DNA of 64,000 nucleotides from a virus (IMGVR_UViG_3300012942_000032:58282-122281); one strand, 5' to 3'; numbered from the stretch's first letter, positions 1 through 8,442 are shown. Notes: generated by a model not told the origin, from the sequence alone. Made by a program: numbers and translations.

Positions 1-113
1 CCGCAGCAGCTAGAGCACGAGCAGCAACGGTATGAGCACCAGTAGGGCTATTGAAGTCGTCATAGACAGCATTCAGTTCAGCAAGCAGGGTTTCAGCGGT
101 ATCAGTACTCATA
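1..113 (-). CDS. hypothetical protein, partial (runs off window start)
   Basis: Minus-strand ATG at 111-113 opens a frame (MSTDTAETLLAELNAVYDDF...) that continues past position 1. Confidence 0.35.
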
Positions 114-122
114 ATCAATTCC

Positions 123-389
123 TTAGCAAGTAGACGGTTGCCACCAGGTGATCTCACCATCGGCAGGATTTACATCATCAATATACATTCCAGCGGCACG
201 AGCAATGTTGTAGATGACATCATAGAGATCATCTTGATCATCGTTATCAACACCAAGATTGGGAATCGTAGAGATCAATTCCTCTACCTTCTTAATCTTT
301 TCAAACTTCTGAGAATTCAACTCAGAAATCTCTTTATGAACCTTATTCAGATCAGCAATGATGGAATCACCATTCACAGTAGACATCAT
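123..389 (-). CDS. hypothetical small acidic protein (88 aa)
   Basis: ORF track; part of the co-oriented minus-strand gene chain. Confidence 0.5.
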   Translation of the reverse strand: MMSTVNGDSIIADLNKVHKEISELNSQKFEKIKKVEELISTIPNLGVDNDDQDDLYDVIYNIARAAGMYIDDVNPADGEITWWQPSTC

Positions 390-400
390 GTTTCCTTATT

Positions 401-485
401 TGGTACCCAGGAAGGGACTCGAACCCTCACGCCGAAAGGCGGCAGATTTTAAGTCTGCTGTGGCTACCAATTACACCACCTGGGC
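401..485 (-). tRNA. tRNA-Leu (anticodon TAA)
   Basis: The reverse complement folds as a cloverleaf: acceptor GCCCAGG/CCTGGGT, anticodon stem GCAGA/TCTGC with loop CTTAAAA, long variable arm CGCCTTTCGGCGTG, T-arm GGGTTCGAGTCCC, encoded CCA. Confidence 0.85.
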
Positions 486-645
486 ATATTCAATTAACAG
501 CCGCTGTCGTACCAGTCGGATTCTTCCCATTCATCCTCAGGACCAGAATACTGCCCACTCTGGACTTCGCTCAAAATCCTGTCAAGGGTATCGCCCCTTG
601 CAATCAAAAGATCTGTATCTCGATCTGAAATCGTAATACTCATTA

Positions 646-906
646 TCAACACTCCATCGAAGAAGGAACCCAATGTGTAAAAGAAACACCATCAGGTGAT
701 ACATGAACGTAACACTTCTCACCTAAAGAATTTGAAGCATTATTTGCATAGGTCTCAATATCCCACGCCAAATAAGGCTCTTTCAGATCTTCATAAGTGA
801 AATCTTTCAAGATCATTTCGAGCTCAATCATTTTCTGATCCTTGAGCTCTTGTAGCTCTCTAGTAAAAGCAAGGAGCTTGTTTACTTTAGGCTGAAAAGT
901 GTTCAT
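646..906 (-). CDS. hypothetical protein (86 aa)
   Basis: ORF track; stop abuts the tRNA cluster. Confidence 0.5.
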   Translation of the reverse strand: MNTFQPKVNKLLAFTRELQELKDQKMIELEMILKDFTYEDLKEPYLAWDIETYANNASNSLGEKCYVHVSPDGVSFTHWVPSSMEC

Positions 907-925
907 GATTAAACTCTCAAAGAAT

Positions 926-1000
926 TGGTACCAGGTGCAGGGATCGAACCTGCGACAGCCGACTTGTAAGGTCGGAACTCTACCGCTGAGCTAACCTGGC
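926..1000 (-). tRNA. tRNA-Val (anticodon TAC)
   Basis: The reverse complement gives GCCAGGT acceptor, anticodon stem CCGAC/GTCGG with loop CTTACAA, T-arm GCAGGTTCGATCCCTGC, CCA. Confidence 0.85.
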
Positions 1001-1414
1001 TTAAATCAGTTTATTCTTCTTGGCATTCTGATAAGAAATACCCGTGGAATGAATTTCGCCGTTCTTATAGTGAACCCTGACTGGACGTTCATCTTCAGGA
1101 CAAAATTCTGAGATGTATTCGTCCACACTCACATGCTTATCCTTAGTCTTTCCATGCCAGCACCAAAGAGTAGGAAATTCCGAATGACCGTCATCATCCC
1201 AGGGTTGGCTCCAACGATCTCCACAACAGTCACAATCTTGTCCAGACGCGCAACCATTGAAGTAGATACCAATACGTTCTGCTACAGAAAGAGCATCTTC
1301 CAGATCAATTGCTTCGATCAAAACTTTTTCTGCGACTTCATCATCGTAATGAAAATGACCGCCACTGTTATTTTGATCGAAAATATACCACTTTAATTGT
1401 GCCAATTCATTCAT
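1001..1414 (-). CDS. hypothetical Cys-rich protein (137 aa)
   Basis: ORF track; a CxxC and CDCC cluster suggests metal binding. Confidence 0.55.
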   Translation of the reverse strand: MNELAQLKWYIFDQNNSGGHFHYDDEVAEKVLIEAIDLEDALSVAERIGIYFNGCASGQDCDCCGDRWSQPWDDDGHSEFPTLWCWHGKTKDKHVSVDEYISEFCPEDERPVRVHYKNGEIHSTGISYQNAKKNKLI

Positions 1415-1436
1415 GATGTATTCTCACAGAGAAATT

Positions 1437-1521
1437 TGGTGCGGATGGAGGGACTCGAACCCACACGCCTTGCGGCGCCTGCTTCTAAGGCAGGTGCGGC
1501 TACCAATTACGCCACATCCGC
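1437..1521 (-). tRNA. tRNA-Leu (anticodon TAG)
   Basis: The reverse complement gives GCGGATG/CATCCGC acceptor, anticodon stem CCTGC/GCAGG with loop CTTAGAA, long variable arm, T-arm GGGTTCGAGTCCC, CCA. Confidence 0.85.
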
Positions 1522-1559
1522 TAATGTCTAAACATTGTAACATGAAGTCTGCTAATTGC

Positions 1560-1784
1560 AATTCTATTTATGATTCAATAGCAAACTTTTAGGAATTAGT
1601 GCCGGTGATTGGATTATAAGGACACCGGCGAAACCCCAGTCTATTGCTTAGGCTGCGAGAGCCACCGCGTAGACGTCGTCATTAGCTGCGACATTTTTGG
1701 TTTTTGCTGTTATTTTACATCGGAACGCCCCGATGGATTGTTCAGTCTATATCTACGCCAGAGTCGATATCCGTTAACATCCCC
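1560..1784 (-). ncRNA. ssrA: tmRNA-like coding piece (GGGG acceptor 5' strand, tRNA-like D-analog, tag reading frame)
   Basis: Minus-strand RNA begins GGGGAUGUUAACGGAUAUCGAC (compare E. coli GGGGCUGAUUCUGGAUUCGAC). A PK1-like GGGGCG...GUAAAA...GCAAAAA follows. The resume-like AAUGUC GCA then opens the frame GCA GCU AAU GAC GAC GUC UAC GCG GUG GCU CUC GCA GCC UAA, giving ANDDVYAVALAA-stop, a canonical ...ALAA degradation tag. A CCGGTG...CACCGG hairpin lies downstream. Confidence 0.65.
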
Positions 1785-1818
1785 ATAGGTGCTCGAAGCT
1801 AATTCCGAGCAGCTTGAA

Positions 1819-1895
1819 TTTGGTGGAGATGGCGGGAGTCGAACCCGCGTGTTCCGACGCTTACTTCAACATCTGAGAAATTTCTTTCTCTACAA
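1819..1895 (-). ncRNA. ssrA: tmRNA-like acceptor piece (T-arm, acceptor 3' strand, CCA); 5' boundary approximate
   Basis: Minus-strand GCGUCGGAACAC-GCGGGUUCGACUCCCGC-CAUCUCC-A-CCA resembles the E. coli tmRNA 3' end. Its 3' strand CAUCUCC pairs with GGGGAUG of the coding piece through a G3:U70 wobble. It lies 5' of the coding piece on the same strand. Confidence 0.6.
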
Positions 1896-2493
1896 TCATT
1901 CCTTTATTTACTTCAGCTAAGGAAGTAAATGAATTTTCATACATCAAACGCCTTTCTTTTGCAAAAGAACCTTCATCTAGATTCACTAGACAGCCGCCTT
2001 TACCTGCAATTCCAAAGATATCTATCAATTTTGATTCTAAAGAAAGAGCTTCTAATTCTGTCAAGCCGTCTTTAATTATTTCTACACAAATTTCTTGTCC
2101 GTATTGATTTAGCAATTGACGGATTTTCCTATGCCCGCCATTACGGTTCAAATCATAAGCTCTGTTACCACATCCTTTGCCTACATAAAAAGGCATTTTC
2201 GTTGCGCCGAATGTAGCTAGACAAGAAGTTCTAAAATCTTTTTCTACCGCAATTCTACTATTAGGTTTACAATGTGTATAAACATAATAGATTGGATTTT
2301 CATCCAATGATAATGATTGATAAACTCGACTAATATCAGTATCTATAATAGACATGCAATCTGCGAATTTCCTTCTAAAAGAAGCCCTTTTAGATTCGCC
2401 GGATTTAACATTTCCTAGATACGTCTTAACAATATTAAGAGCTTTCTTGATAGATTCGATATCTTCAGTATCAAATACTACCTTCTTTTTCAT
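1861..2493 (-). CDS. GIY-YIG family homing endonuclease (Seg/I-TevI-like), free-standing
   Basis: The motifs PIYYVYTH ... PFYVGKGCGNRAYDLNRNGGHRK ... ICVEII match the GIY / YIG / Arg / Glu signature. The stop codon lies 1 nt from the tRNA-like T-arm. Confidence 0.75.
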   Translation of the reverse strand: MKKKVVFDTEDIESIKKALNIVKTYLGNVKSGESKRASFRRKFADCMSIIDTDISRVYQSLSLDENPIYYVYTHCKPNSRIAVEKDFRTSCLATFGATKMPFYVGKGCGNRAYDLNRNGGHRKIRQLLNQYGQEICVEIIKDGLTELEALSLESKLIDIFGIAGKGGCLVNLDEGSFAKERRLMYENSFTSLAEVNKGMIVEKEISQMLK

Positions 2494-2680
2494 CTCAATA
2501 TTCTTTCTTGTTCGAAAACCATTTACCTACGAAATTCAAAGTAGGAACTGAAATCAATTTTACAAGTTCCTTGCCGTCTTCTTCGCAGAAGTGCGGCTCC
2601 TCAGATTCTGCAATCGACATTCTCTTTTCGTAGACTCGATCGCACTTCGGACAATGAAAATCATACCATGGCATGTTCTA

Positions 2681-2914
2681 TCAATCTTCCCTTACTACAA
2701 CAGGGCCCACATAGGTAGCCTGAATATAGTAATCAGGAGCAGTGGGAGAAGAACAGTATTTAGTATTCGTTTCTTCTACGTTCTTAAGAGCAAGTTCTTC
2801 AGACAAGAAATCAGTGTTCCAGCTATCAGAACCCCAGCCGCGCTCTGATTCATAAAACGAAACTCTGTACTTGATCTTTTCCATTATGTTGCCTTCTCTG
2901 GATACCAGAACCAT
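2681..2914 (-). CDS. hypothetical protein (77 aa)
   Basis: ORF track. Confidence 0.4.
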   Translation of the reverse strand: MVLVSREGNIMEKIKYRVSFYESERGWGSDSWNTDFLSEELALKNVEETNTKYCSSPTAPDYYIQATYVGPVVVRED

Positions 2915-3123
2915 TGAACATGCGTTATATCAGCATCAAACCTGCGCCAGTGAACCTCGCTTGGTTTAACTGTTATGGGATAAATTTTACTTGAAGTTCC
3001 AAGCTTTGCATAGCCCAGTTTATCAGACAGTTTCTTACTTTTAACGAGCTTTAAGAATTTCTTCAGATCCATCTTTTCTGAAGTATATTCTTGCTCTTTG
3101 AAGAACTTGAAAGCCATTACCAT
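2884..3123 (-). CDS. hypothetical basic protein (79 aa)
   Basis: ORF track. Confidence 0.4.
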   Translation of the reverse strand: MVMAFKFFKEQEYTSEKMDLKKFLKLVKSKKLSDKLGYAKLGTSSKIYPITVKPSEVHWRRFDADITHVQWFWYPEKAT

Positions 3124-3323
3124 TTACCTAATGGGCAGGTAGACTGAGCATATTTTACCTTTGCAGGAAGATAGCATCCACATTCGCCACATTGTTTCAG
3201 GAGTTTACGAAATTTATCACACGTCACACAAATAGACATGCGCCTATTTTGATCTGCCTCTGGAGCATAAACAATGTTGCCAGAGACGGCATCTTTTGCT
3301 AGATCTATAATTCCATACGCCAT
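3117..3323 (-). CDS. hypothetical zinc-ribbon protein (68 aa)
   Basis: CVTC...CGECGC...C cysteine pairs. Confidence 0.45.
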   Translation of the reverse strand: MAYGIIDLAKDAVSGNIVYAPEADQNRRMSICVTCDKFRKLLKQCGECGCYLPAKVKYAQSTCPLGKW

Positions 3324-3332
3324 CAGAAGATC

Positions 3333-3608
3333 TCAAAATAATGAAAATAAACCTTCTAGATTGAAGGTAGAATCTTGTCCATAATGTGATTTGCGCATCG
3401 CCAGACGAATAAGCTTCTGATCATCTGTCAAGAAGGAGAGTGCTTCATGTACTCCAGAGATTCCACACATGGGTTTATCTATGTTTGAAACATAATGATC
3501 ATTTGCAACATTCATCAGTTTATCAATCAAGGCATCTTTATCTTCTTCAGGAGGTGCTTCTTGAGTTTGAGGATTAAATCCCAATTTGTAACGCGACATA
3601 TCTCTCAT
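3333..3608 (-). CDS. hypothetical protein (91 aa)
   Basis: ORF track. Confidence 0.45.
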   Translation of the reverse strand: MRDMSRYKLGFNPQTQEAPPEEDKDALIDKLMNVANDHYVSNIDKPMCGISGVHEALSFLTDDQKLIRLAMRKSHYGQDSTFNLEGLFSLF

Positions 3609-3826
3609 TAAAAATTCTCCCTTAGAAGACGCCCAATATGATATGATTGTGGATTCTTGTAGACGATCCTCTTCTGTTCTGAATTACCACAACAGAAATT
3701 GGTTTGAGCTTCTTTCAGAATAACATCTTCATCTTGCTTCAAAATCTTGATGATTTCTTCTGCAATCGCAATTTGTCTATCAGTTAAAGCCACGCCAAGA
3801 ATCCACCAGACGCATTTCAATATCAC
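3608..3826 (-). CDS. hypothetical protein (72 aa)
   Basis: ORF track. Confidence 0.4.
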   Translation of the reverse strand: MILKCVWWILGVALTDRQIAIAEEIIKILKQDEDVILKEAQTNFCCGNSEQKRIVYKNPQSYHIGRLLRENF

Positions 3827-4130
3827 GACCCTTCTTGATTAGAGTATCTTCATCAAGATAGAAGGCATTGCACGTCATCCAATACTTTCCATTGTCACCC
3901 ATTACAGACATCGAGAAAATTCCCTTCTCGCCTTCTTTGGCAATGGAAGGATCTCGTGTAACAGAAATCTCTACAGGTTTAACTTCATTGGTTTTACTCC
4001 TACACTTAGGAGCACCAAAGACTGTAGGGCGGAACCAGGTTTCTAGGCCGCCCTTGCTAACCACAGAAGATTTTTCAAACTTGTTCTTTTCTAACCATTC
4101 AATGTATGTCATACTGCTAGTCCTCTTCAA
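3780..4130 (-). CDS. hypothetical protein (116 aa)
   Basis: ORF track. Confidence 0.45.
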   Translation of the reverse strand: MKRTSSMTYIEWLEKNKFEKSSVVSKGGLETWFRPTVFGAPKCRSKTNEVKPVEISVTRDPSIAKEGEKGIFSMSVMGDNGKYWMTCNAFYLDEDTLIKKGRDIEMRLVDSWRGFN

Positions 4131-4150
4131 CTAGCAGTATTTAATGGAGG

Positions 4151-5110
4151 TTAGTCTTTCTTAAAAGGTTTCACTCGATCTTCAGAGACAGCCTTCCAGA
4201 AACGCTCGACATATTCCTGGTCGTACATCCCCAGAACCGTGTAATAGTTCTCCCAGGAGAATTCACGGAACCAACCAGATGTGATCGAAGTACATACCTT
4301 CATCAGAGCAGTATTAAATGCTCGCTTACGACCTTCTTCGTCCTTGATATCGAAAGGAATGATTGCACGTTCCAAAGAAAGAACATAACTCTCCTCCAAG
4401 GTTGCCAAAAGCTGCCAAGTCTTCGGCATCTTGAAGAACATATCCTTGGAAGTAAAGACTTCTGCACTGTCAGGCTTGAACTTGTCGTATGCAGGAGTAT
4501 CCAGATGCTTCACTGCTTCATGAATACTGTCATGATCATAGACATAATCAATGTTGTCATCCGAGAAGAAATTCTTCTTAGAGACATTGAGCTTCGGATG
4601 ACTGTAGGTGTAGGTTGCCTTTATGCGTTTCTTGTACCATTTCTTCCAGGACTTAGGAATTTCGCAACCTAGTTTCCTGAGCATATGGATATCAGACATC
4701 GTCTTCAAGAAATGCGGAGAGTTCTTGAGATAACGATGAGACATCTTCAGCATGTAGAGAACATTCAACGAAGGTACCAGGATGGTGAAATCGCCCTTCA
4801 GAATGATCTTTGTCTCGGTGTCTGCATGCACAAGCCCGATGAACTCTTCCGCCATCGAACCTTCCCATGCAAGCTCTGCCTCATAAACAAAGACAGATTT
4901 CTCGTCAGGATCAAAGACCTTGGCGCACATCTTGTCGCCATCTTTCAGAGGTTCTGCTTTCACAATTACCTTTCGATCTGTCAGGCAAGACTTCACGTAG
5001 GTAATGAAATCTTCAGGAGTGCAAACTAGATCGCAATCCAGTTTCTTCCTGTTTACTTCAATTCCATGAGCCCGCAGGGCATCAGATCCCATCAAAACCA
5101 CAGTGTTCAT
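4151..5110 (-). CDS. putative Pol-beta-superfamily nucleotidyltransferase-like protein (319 aa)
   Basis: The N-terminal VVLMGSDALRAHGIEVNRKKLDCDLV fits the hG[GS]x(9-13)DhD motif. A candidate third acidic residue sits in GLVHADTETKIIL. A helical C-terminal domain follows. Confidence 0.5.
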   Translation of the reverse strand: MNTVVLMGSDALRAHGIEVNRKKLDCDLVCTPEDFITYVKSCLTDRKVIVKAEPLKDGDKMCAKVFDPDEKSVFVYEAELAWEGSMAEEFIGLVHADTETKIILKGDFTILVPSLNVLYMLKMSHRYLKNSPHFLKTMSDIHMLRKLGCEIPKSWKKWYKKRIKATYTYSHPKLNVSKKNFFSDDNIDYVYDHDSIHEAVKHLDTPAYDKFKPDSAEVFTSKDMFFKMPKTWQLLATLEESYVLSLERAIIPFDIKDEEGRKRAFNTALMKVCTSITSGWFREFSWENYYTVLGMYDQEYVERFWKAVSEDRVKPFKKD

Positions 5111-5297
5111 GACGATCCTCAGAATTCACACCCAGAATTTTGCCAATAGGGGACATCAGCGTCTCCGTAAAGGCTTTCAAGCTTGATGTTCAGAATTTTC
5201 GCATCTTCAGATTCCATGAAGATGCGCAATTCCTTGATCAGAAGGTTAATGTGATTAACCTTATCGAAGACTTCTTTTTACCTTTTCGTAGTCCATA

Positions 5298-5567
5298 TTA
5301 GCAGTTCTGATCAGATGCGTACCAGAAGTCTTCTACCAGCACATCAGTGTCTGCAGACGAAGACCAACCGTAGTGATTGATGCCAAGTGGATCGTAATTG
5401 ATCTCACCTGGGAGATCTTTCATGTCTCCATCTTTCCAGTCAGTCCTGGAGTTAATCTCATCAACCAGTTCAGCTTTCATTTGATTGATTTTGTTGATCT
5501 TCTCCTTTACATCCAGAAGAAAATCTTTCTGATCCTGTTTCAGATCATTGAATGGGATAGAACTCAT
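5298..5567 (-). CDS. hypothetical acidic protein (89 aa)
   Basis: ORF track. Confidence 0.45.
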   Translation of the reverse strand: MSSIPFNDLKQDQKDFLLDVKEKINKINQMKAELVDEINSRTDWKDGDMKDLPGEINYDPLGINHYGWSSSADTDVLVEDFWYASDQNC

Positions 5568-5660
5568 TCTTCTACTCCGAAGTATTTGTGATCGTTGGCT
5601 GCTTCTGTAGGCCAGGGCATAGGCAGGATTGCCCGCATCAGACGTCCCTTGACACAGATA

Positions 5661-5885
5661 TCAATTTTCCAGACTTTCTGCTTTTCTTCCACGGTGCGCC
5701 TCGATTACTTTGTCCGCATTAGGCCAAGAACCGTCTACTATCGCTTTGTAGTAATCCAGTTCAAAATCCAGACTCTCGTACTGCTCACAGAGTTCGTCCC
5801 AGAATTTCCTTTCTTCAGGATCCTCGATCTTCTTGAGGTGTTCTTCGTATTCATCGAGACGCTGACACACGGTACAATCACACAT
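5661..5885 (-). CDS. hypothetical protein (74 aa)
   Basis: ORF track; CxxC at the N-terminus. Confidence 0.45.
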   Translation of the reverse strand: MCDCTVCQRLDEYEEHLKKIEDPEERKFWDELCEQYESLDFELDYYKAIVDGSWPNADKVIEAHRGRKAESLEN

Positions 5886-6225
5886 CGCATTCTCCAGCTT
5901 CTATGATACTTTCTAGTCTTCTGATTTCAGTGCGAAGATCTTCTACCTCAGATTCCAGACGTCTGATATCAAAACGAACTTCATCTAATTCAGATTCTAT
6001 TTGATCCTTATCTTTCACTGCTTCTCTTAGCGCATCACGAAGTTTGAAGGTACCTACATCTTTGATCGTCTCACAGAGCTCATCCATAGCAGAATTAAAG
6101 ATAGCTTCATTCTCTGGAGTAATCAGAACATGAAGTTTATCCCATGCATCAACAAATGCTTGCTCTACACCAGGACAAGTCTCAGGACAATAACCAAAGA
6201 CTTCTCTTTCCAAATAACGATTCAT
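5878..6225 (-). CDS. hypothetical coiled-coil protein (115 aa)
   Basis: ORF track; repeated DIRRLESEVEDLRTEIRRLESI heptads. Confidence 0.45.
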   Translation of the reverse strand: MNRYLEREVFGYCPETCPGVEQAFVDAWDKLHVLITPENEAIFNSAMDELCETIKDVGTFKLRDALREAVKDKDQIESELDEVRFDIRRLESEVEDLRTEIRRLESIIEAGECDV

Positions 6226-6233
6226 CGGAATTC

Positions 6234-6422
6234 TCAGACCAAAGTCATTTGATGCTCTTGAAATTTCATTTCGTAAGCATCTAACACATCATAATCAAAT
6301 TCGATTTTAAGAACAGCTTTGAGGAATCCTAAACTGTCTGAGACTTTAGAGGTCCACCTTGTGTTACCTTCCTTATCTCTAATCTTAAGCCTATAGAGCT
6401 TGAAAAGATTTTGAGCAGACAT
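6234..6422 (-). CDS. hypothetical protein (62 aa)
   Basis: ORF track. Confidence 0.4.
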   Translation of the reverse strand: MSAQNLFKLYRLKIRDKEGNTRWTSKVSDSLGFLKAVLKIEFDYDVLDAYEMKFQEHQMTLV

Positions 6423-6478
6423 AAGATTCCCCTGACTCTACAATGATATTATTGCAGGTTTCTACAGGTCTGTCAAGA

Positions 6479-7600
6479 TTAATATGTGAATGGTGCCGTT
6501 GGAGGAGTGAAATCAGAAGTATATCTAGATATACCTGATGTAATACGAAATTCGTCTATATACCCGCTAAAGAACTCATTTAGGTTTTCATGACCACCAA
6601 TTTGATTTATATTCCAAGAACTAGAGTCATTTCTAACAGAAACTTGATCAATACCATTTAAATAAAGTCTAATTTCTCCTGAAATTCTACAAAGTGCTAC
6701 ATGAAACCATTCATTTAGAGGATATGAATTAGAGGTAATTCTATCAGAAGCATCATATAATACGACGCAACCGTCTTTTAGATATAATCCATATGTGTTG
6801 TTATAAATGGATAGAGTTTGATACTTTCCAGATTCTCCAATAGTTGTAGAATAAACCCATAATTCTATTGTAAAATCTGAAGGTAAATTAATCGGATCAG
6901 GATATGCTTGAAGATATGAAGAATTAAAAAAGAAACTTCCAGAACCAAATTTCTTATTATTGTGGCTAATTGTTGACCCATTGGTCACATCTGAAAGAAC
7001 CCATGATTCACCATATAAATCAGATAATGAAAATCCATCTATTTTATCAAAATGAAGGAGCGATTTAGTATATGAGAATATAATCTTTACATCTATCAAA
7101 CAATAATCTGTTGTTATAGGAGTGGAAATTTTCAAAGTAAAATTAGAAACTCCTTCGCTTGATATTGCCCCAGAAACAATCAGATTATCATCGTCAATGG
7201 AAAAATTTATTCCAGAATCTTCAGGCCCAGATACAATAGACACAGAGTAAGGTCCAGGAGTACCAGTTATGGATTTGGTGACGTCAACTGAATTTCCTAA
7301 AGGGATTGTCCCTAAATCAAGTAGTGGACCACCATCAACCACAACAGGCATTGCATAAGGAGCTCTACGTGAAGAAATTACATCATCAAGAATATCTCCA
7401 CCTCTGGCAATAATGTCAAAGACAGAATCCATATCAAGATTAGAAAATCTCCAGGTTCCATCAGAAAAGCTCTGAGTAGTTCCACACCATTCAGAGTTAA
7501 AATAAAGATCAATTGTTGTTACAAAAGGAGTACCATTACGGCTAACAATGTTAGGTGAGTCTCCTCCAAGATATCCAGTTCCTGATGGGGGCGAAATCAT
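6479..7600 (-). CDS. LamG-like (concanavalin A-like lectin/glucanase) domain protein; paralog of the plus-strand structural LamG proteins
   Basis: The C-terminal ...EWFHVALCRISGEIRLYLNG...GYIDEFRITSGISRYTSDFTPPTAPFTY is nearly identical in protein sequence to the C-terminus of 15690..16982. Confidence 0.7.
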   Translation of the reverse strand: MISPPSGTGYLGGDSPNIVSRNGTPFVTTIDLYFNSEWCGTTQSFSDGTWRFSNLDMDSVFDIIARGGDILDDVISSRRAPYAMPVVVDGGPLLDLGTIPLGNSVDVTKSITGTPGPYSVSIVSGPEDSGINFSIDDDNLIVSGAISSEGVSNFTLKISTPITTDYCLIDVKIIFSYTKSLLHFDKIDGFSLSDLYGESWVLSDVTNGSTISHNNKKFGSGSFFFNSSYLQAYPDPINLPSDFTIELWVYSTTIGESGKYQTLSIYNNTYGLYLKDGCVVLYDASDRITSNSYPLNEWFHVALCRISGEIRLYLNGIDQVSVRNDSSSWNINQIGGHENLNEFFSGYIDEFRITSGISRYTSDFTPPTAPFTY

Positions 7601-8040
7601 AGTTTAGATGCTGCTCCTACGGCTAAACGATCACATTCTTCATTATACTTATGACCTGCATGACCCTTTACCCAAGTCCATTTAATTCTGTGAGGTCGTG
7701 CAACTCTGATCAGTTCCTTCCAATAATCTGGATTCTTCACATCCTTGAAGTTCTTCTTAATCCAACCTGGCAACCATTCAGAAGCACCTTTCACAACGTA
7801 ATTGGAATCTGTGACTACCTCAACGAAAGCAGGATCAGAACCAATGTACTTGAAAGCTTCAATGACCGCAGTAATTTCCATCTGATTGTTCGTCGCACCC
7901 TTTACACCTCCAGAACCTTGATAGGTATTAAATTCATCATTTTTAGGGACACAGATAAATGCCCAACCACCACGAGCATGAGGTTTACCGTTATCTAGGG
8001 AAGAACCATCAGCATAGAGTGTATAGTGTTTCATGATCAA
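7597..8040 (-). CDS. rnhA: ribonuclease H, type 1 (RnhA-like)
   Basis: Carries the LYADGSS...GGWAF...NNQMEITAVIEA...VVTDSNYVV...WVKGHAGHKYNEECDRLA catalytic D/E/D/D signature. Confidence 0.85.
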   Translation of the reverse strand: MIMKHYTLYADGSSLDNGKPHARGGWAFICVPKNDEFNTYQGSGGVKGATNNQMEITAVIEAFKYIGSDPAFVEVVTDSNYVVKGASEWLPGWIKKNFKDVKNPDYWKELIRVARPHRIKWTWVKGHAGHKYNEECDRLAVGAASKL

Positions 8041-8279
8041 ATTTCTCTATCAGGTGGAGTTGCAACCTTATACATTCCAAGCATCTCCTTAACTTTTTCA
8101 AGTCTCAAAGTAGCCTGAGGAAATGTTCTGATTGATTTTGCATGCTGTTCAACATAAAGACTGATCTCTTCTAGATCTAGAAGAAACTTTGCAGCTTTGA
8201 TATTTCCAACCGACGATTTGGATCTTGTGATGGTGTCCTTTACAAGTCTAATCTTCTTTTCAATATTACTCGGCTGCAT
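8037..8279 (-). CDS. hypothetical protein (80 aa)
   Basis: ORF track. Confidence 0.45.
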   Translation of the reverse strand: MQPSNIEKKIRLVKDTITRSKSSVGNIKAAKFLLDLEEISLYVEQHAKSIRTFPQATLRLEKVKEMLGMYKVATPPDREI

Positions 8280-8442
8280 GATCTTTAAACATTCTATCTA
8301 GTAACAGGTTAAGTCTTTCCATTTCATAAACAGCGAGTTGAAGTAACCAAATACAATCGTCTTTATTCTCAGGAATCATTCCTAAAGGATTTTCCTCATT
8401 TCTTTCACAAAATTTCATATCTTTCTCCTATATGAGCGCACA

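Noticed and set aside
138-636. Plus-strand ORFs 138..452 and 358..636 across the first tRNA
   Set aside because: They overlap the tRNA-Leu gene and minus-strand genes and give hydrophobic low-complexity products. They are read as antisense artefacts.
1819-1860. T-arm plus CCA fragment as a stand-alone or truncated tRNA
   Set aside because: No D-arm, anticodon arm or acceptor 5' strand can be built immediately upstream, because the HEG ORF occupies that space. The fragment pairs instead with the downstream GGGGAUG module, so it is treated as a tmRNA acceptor piece.
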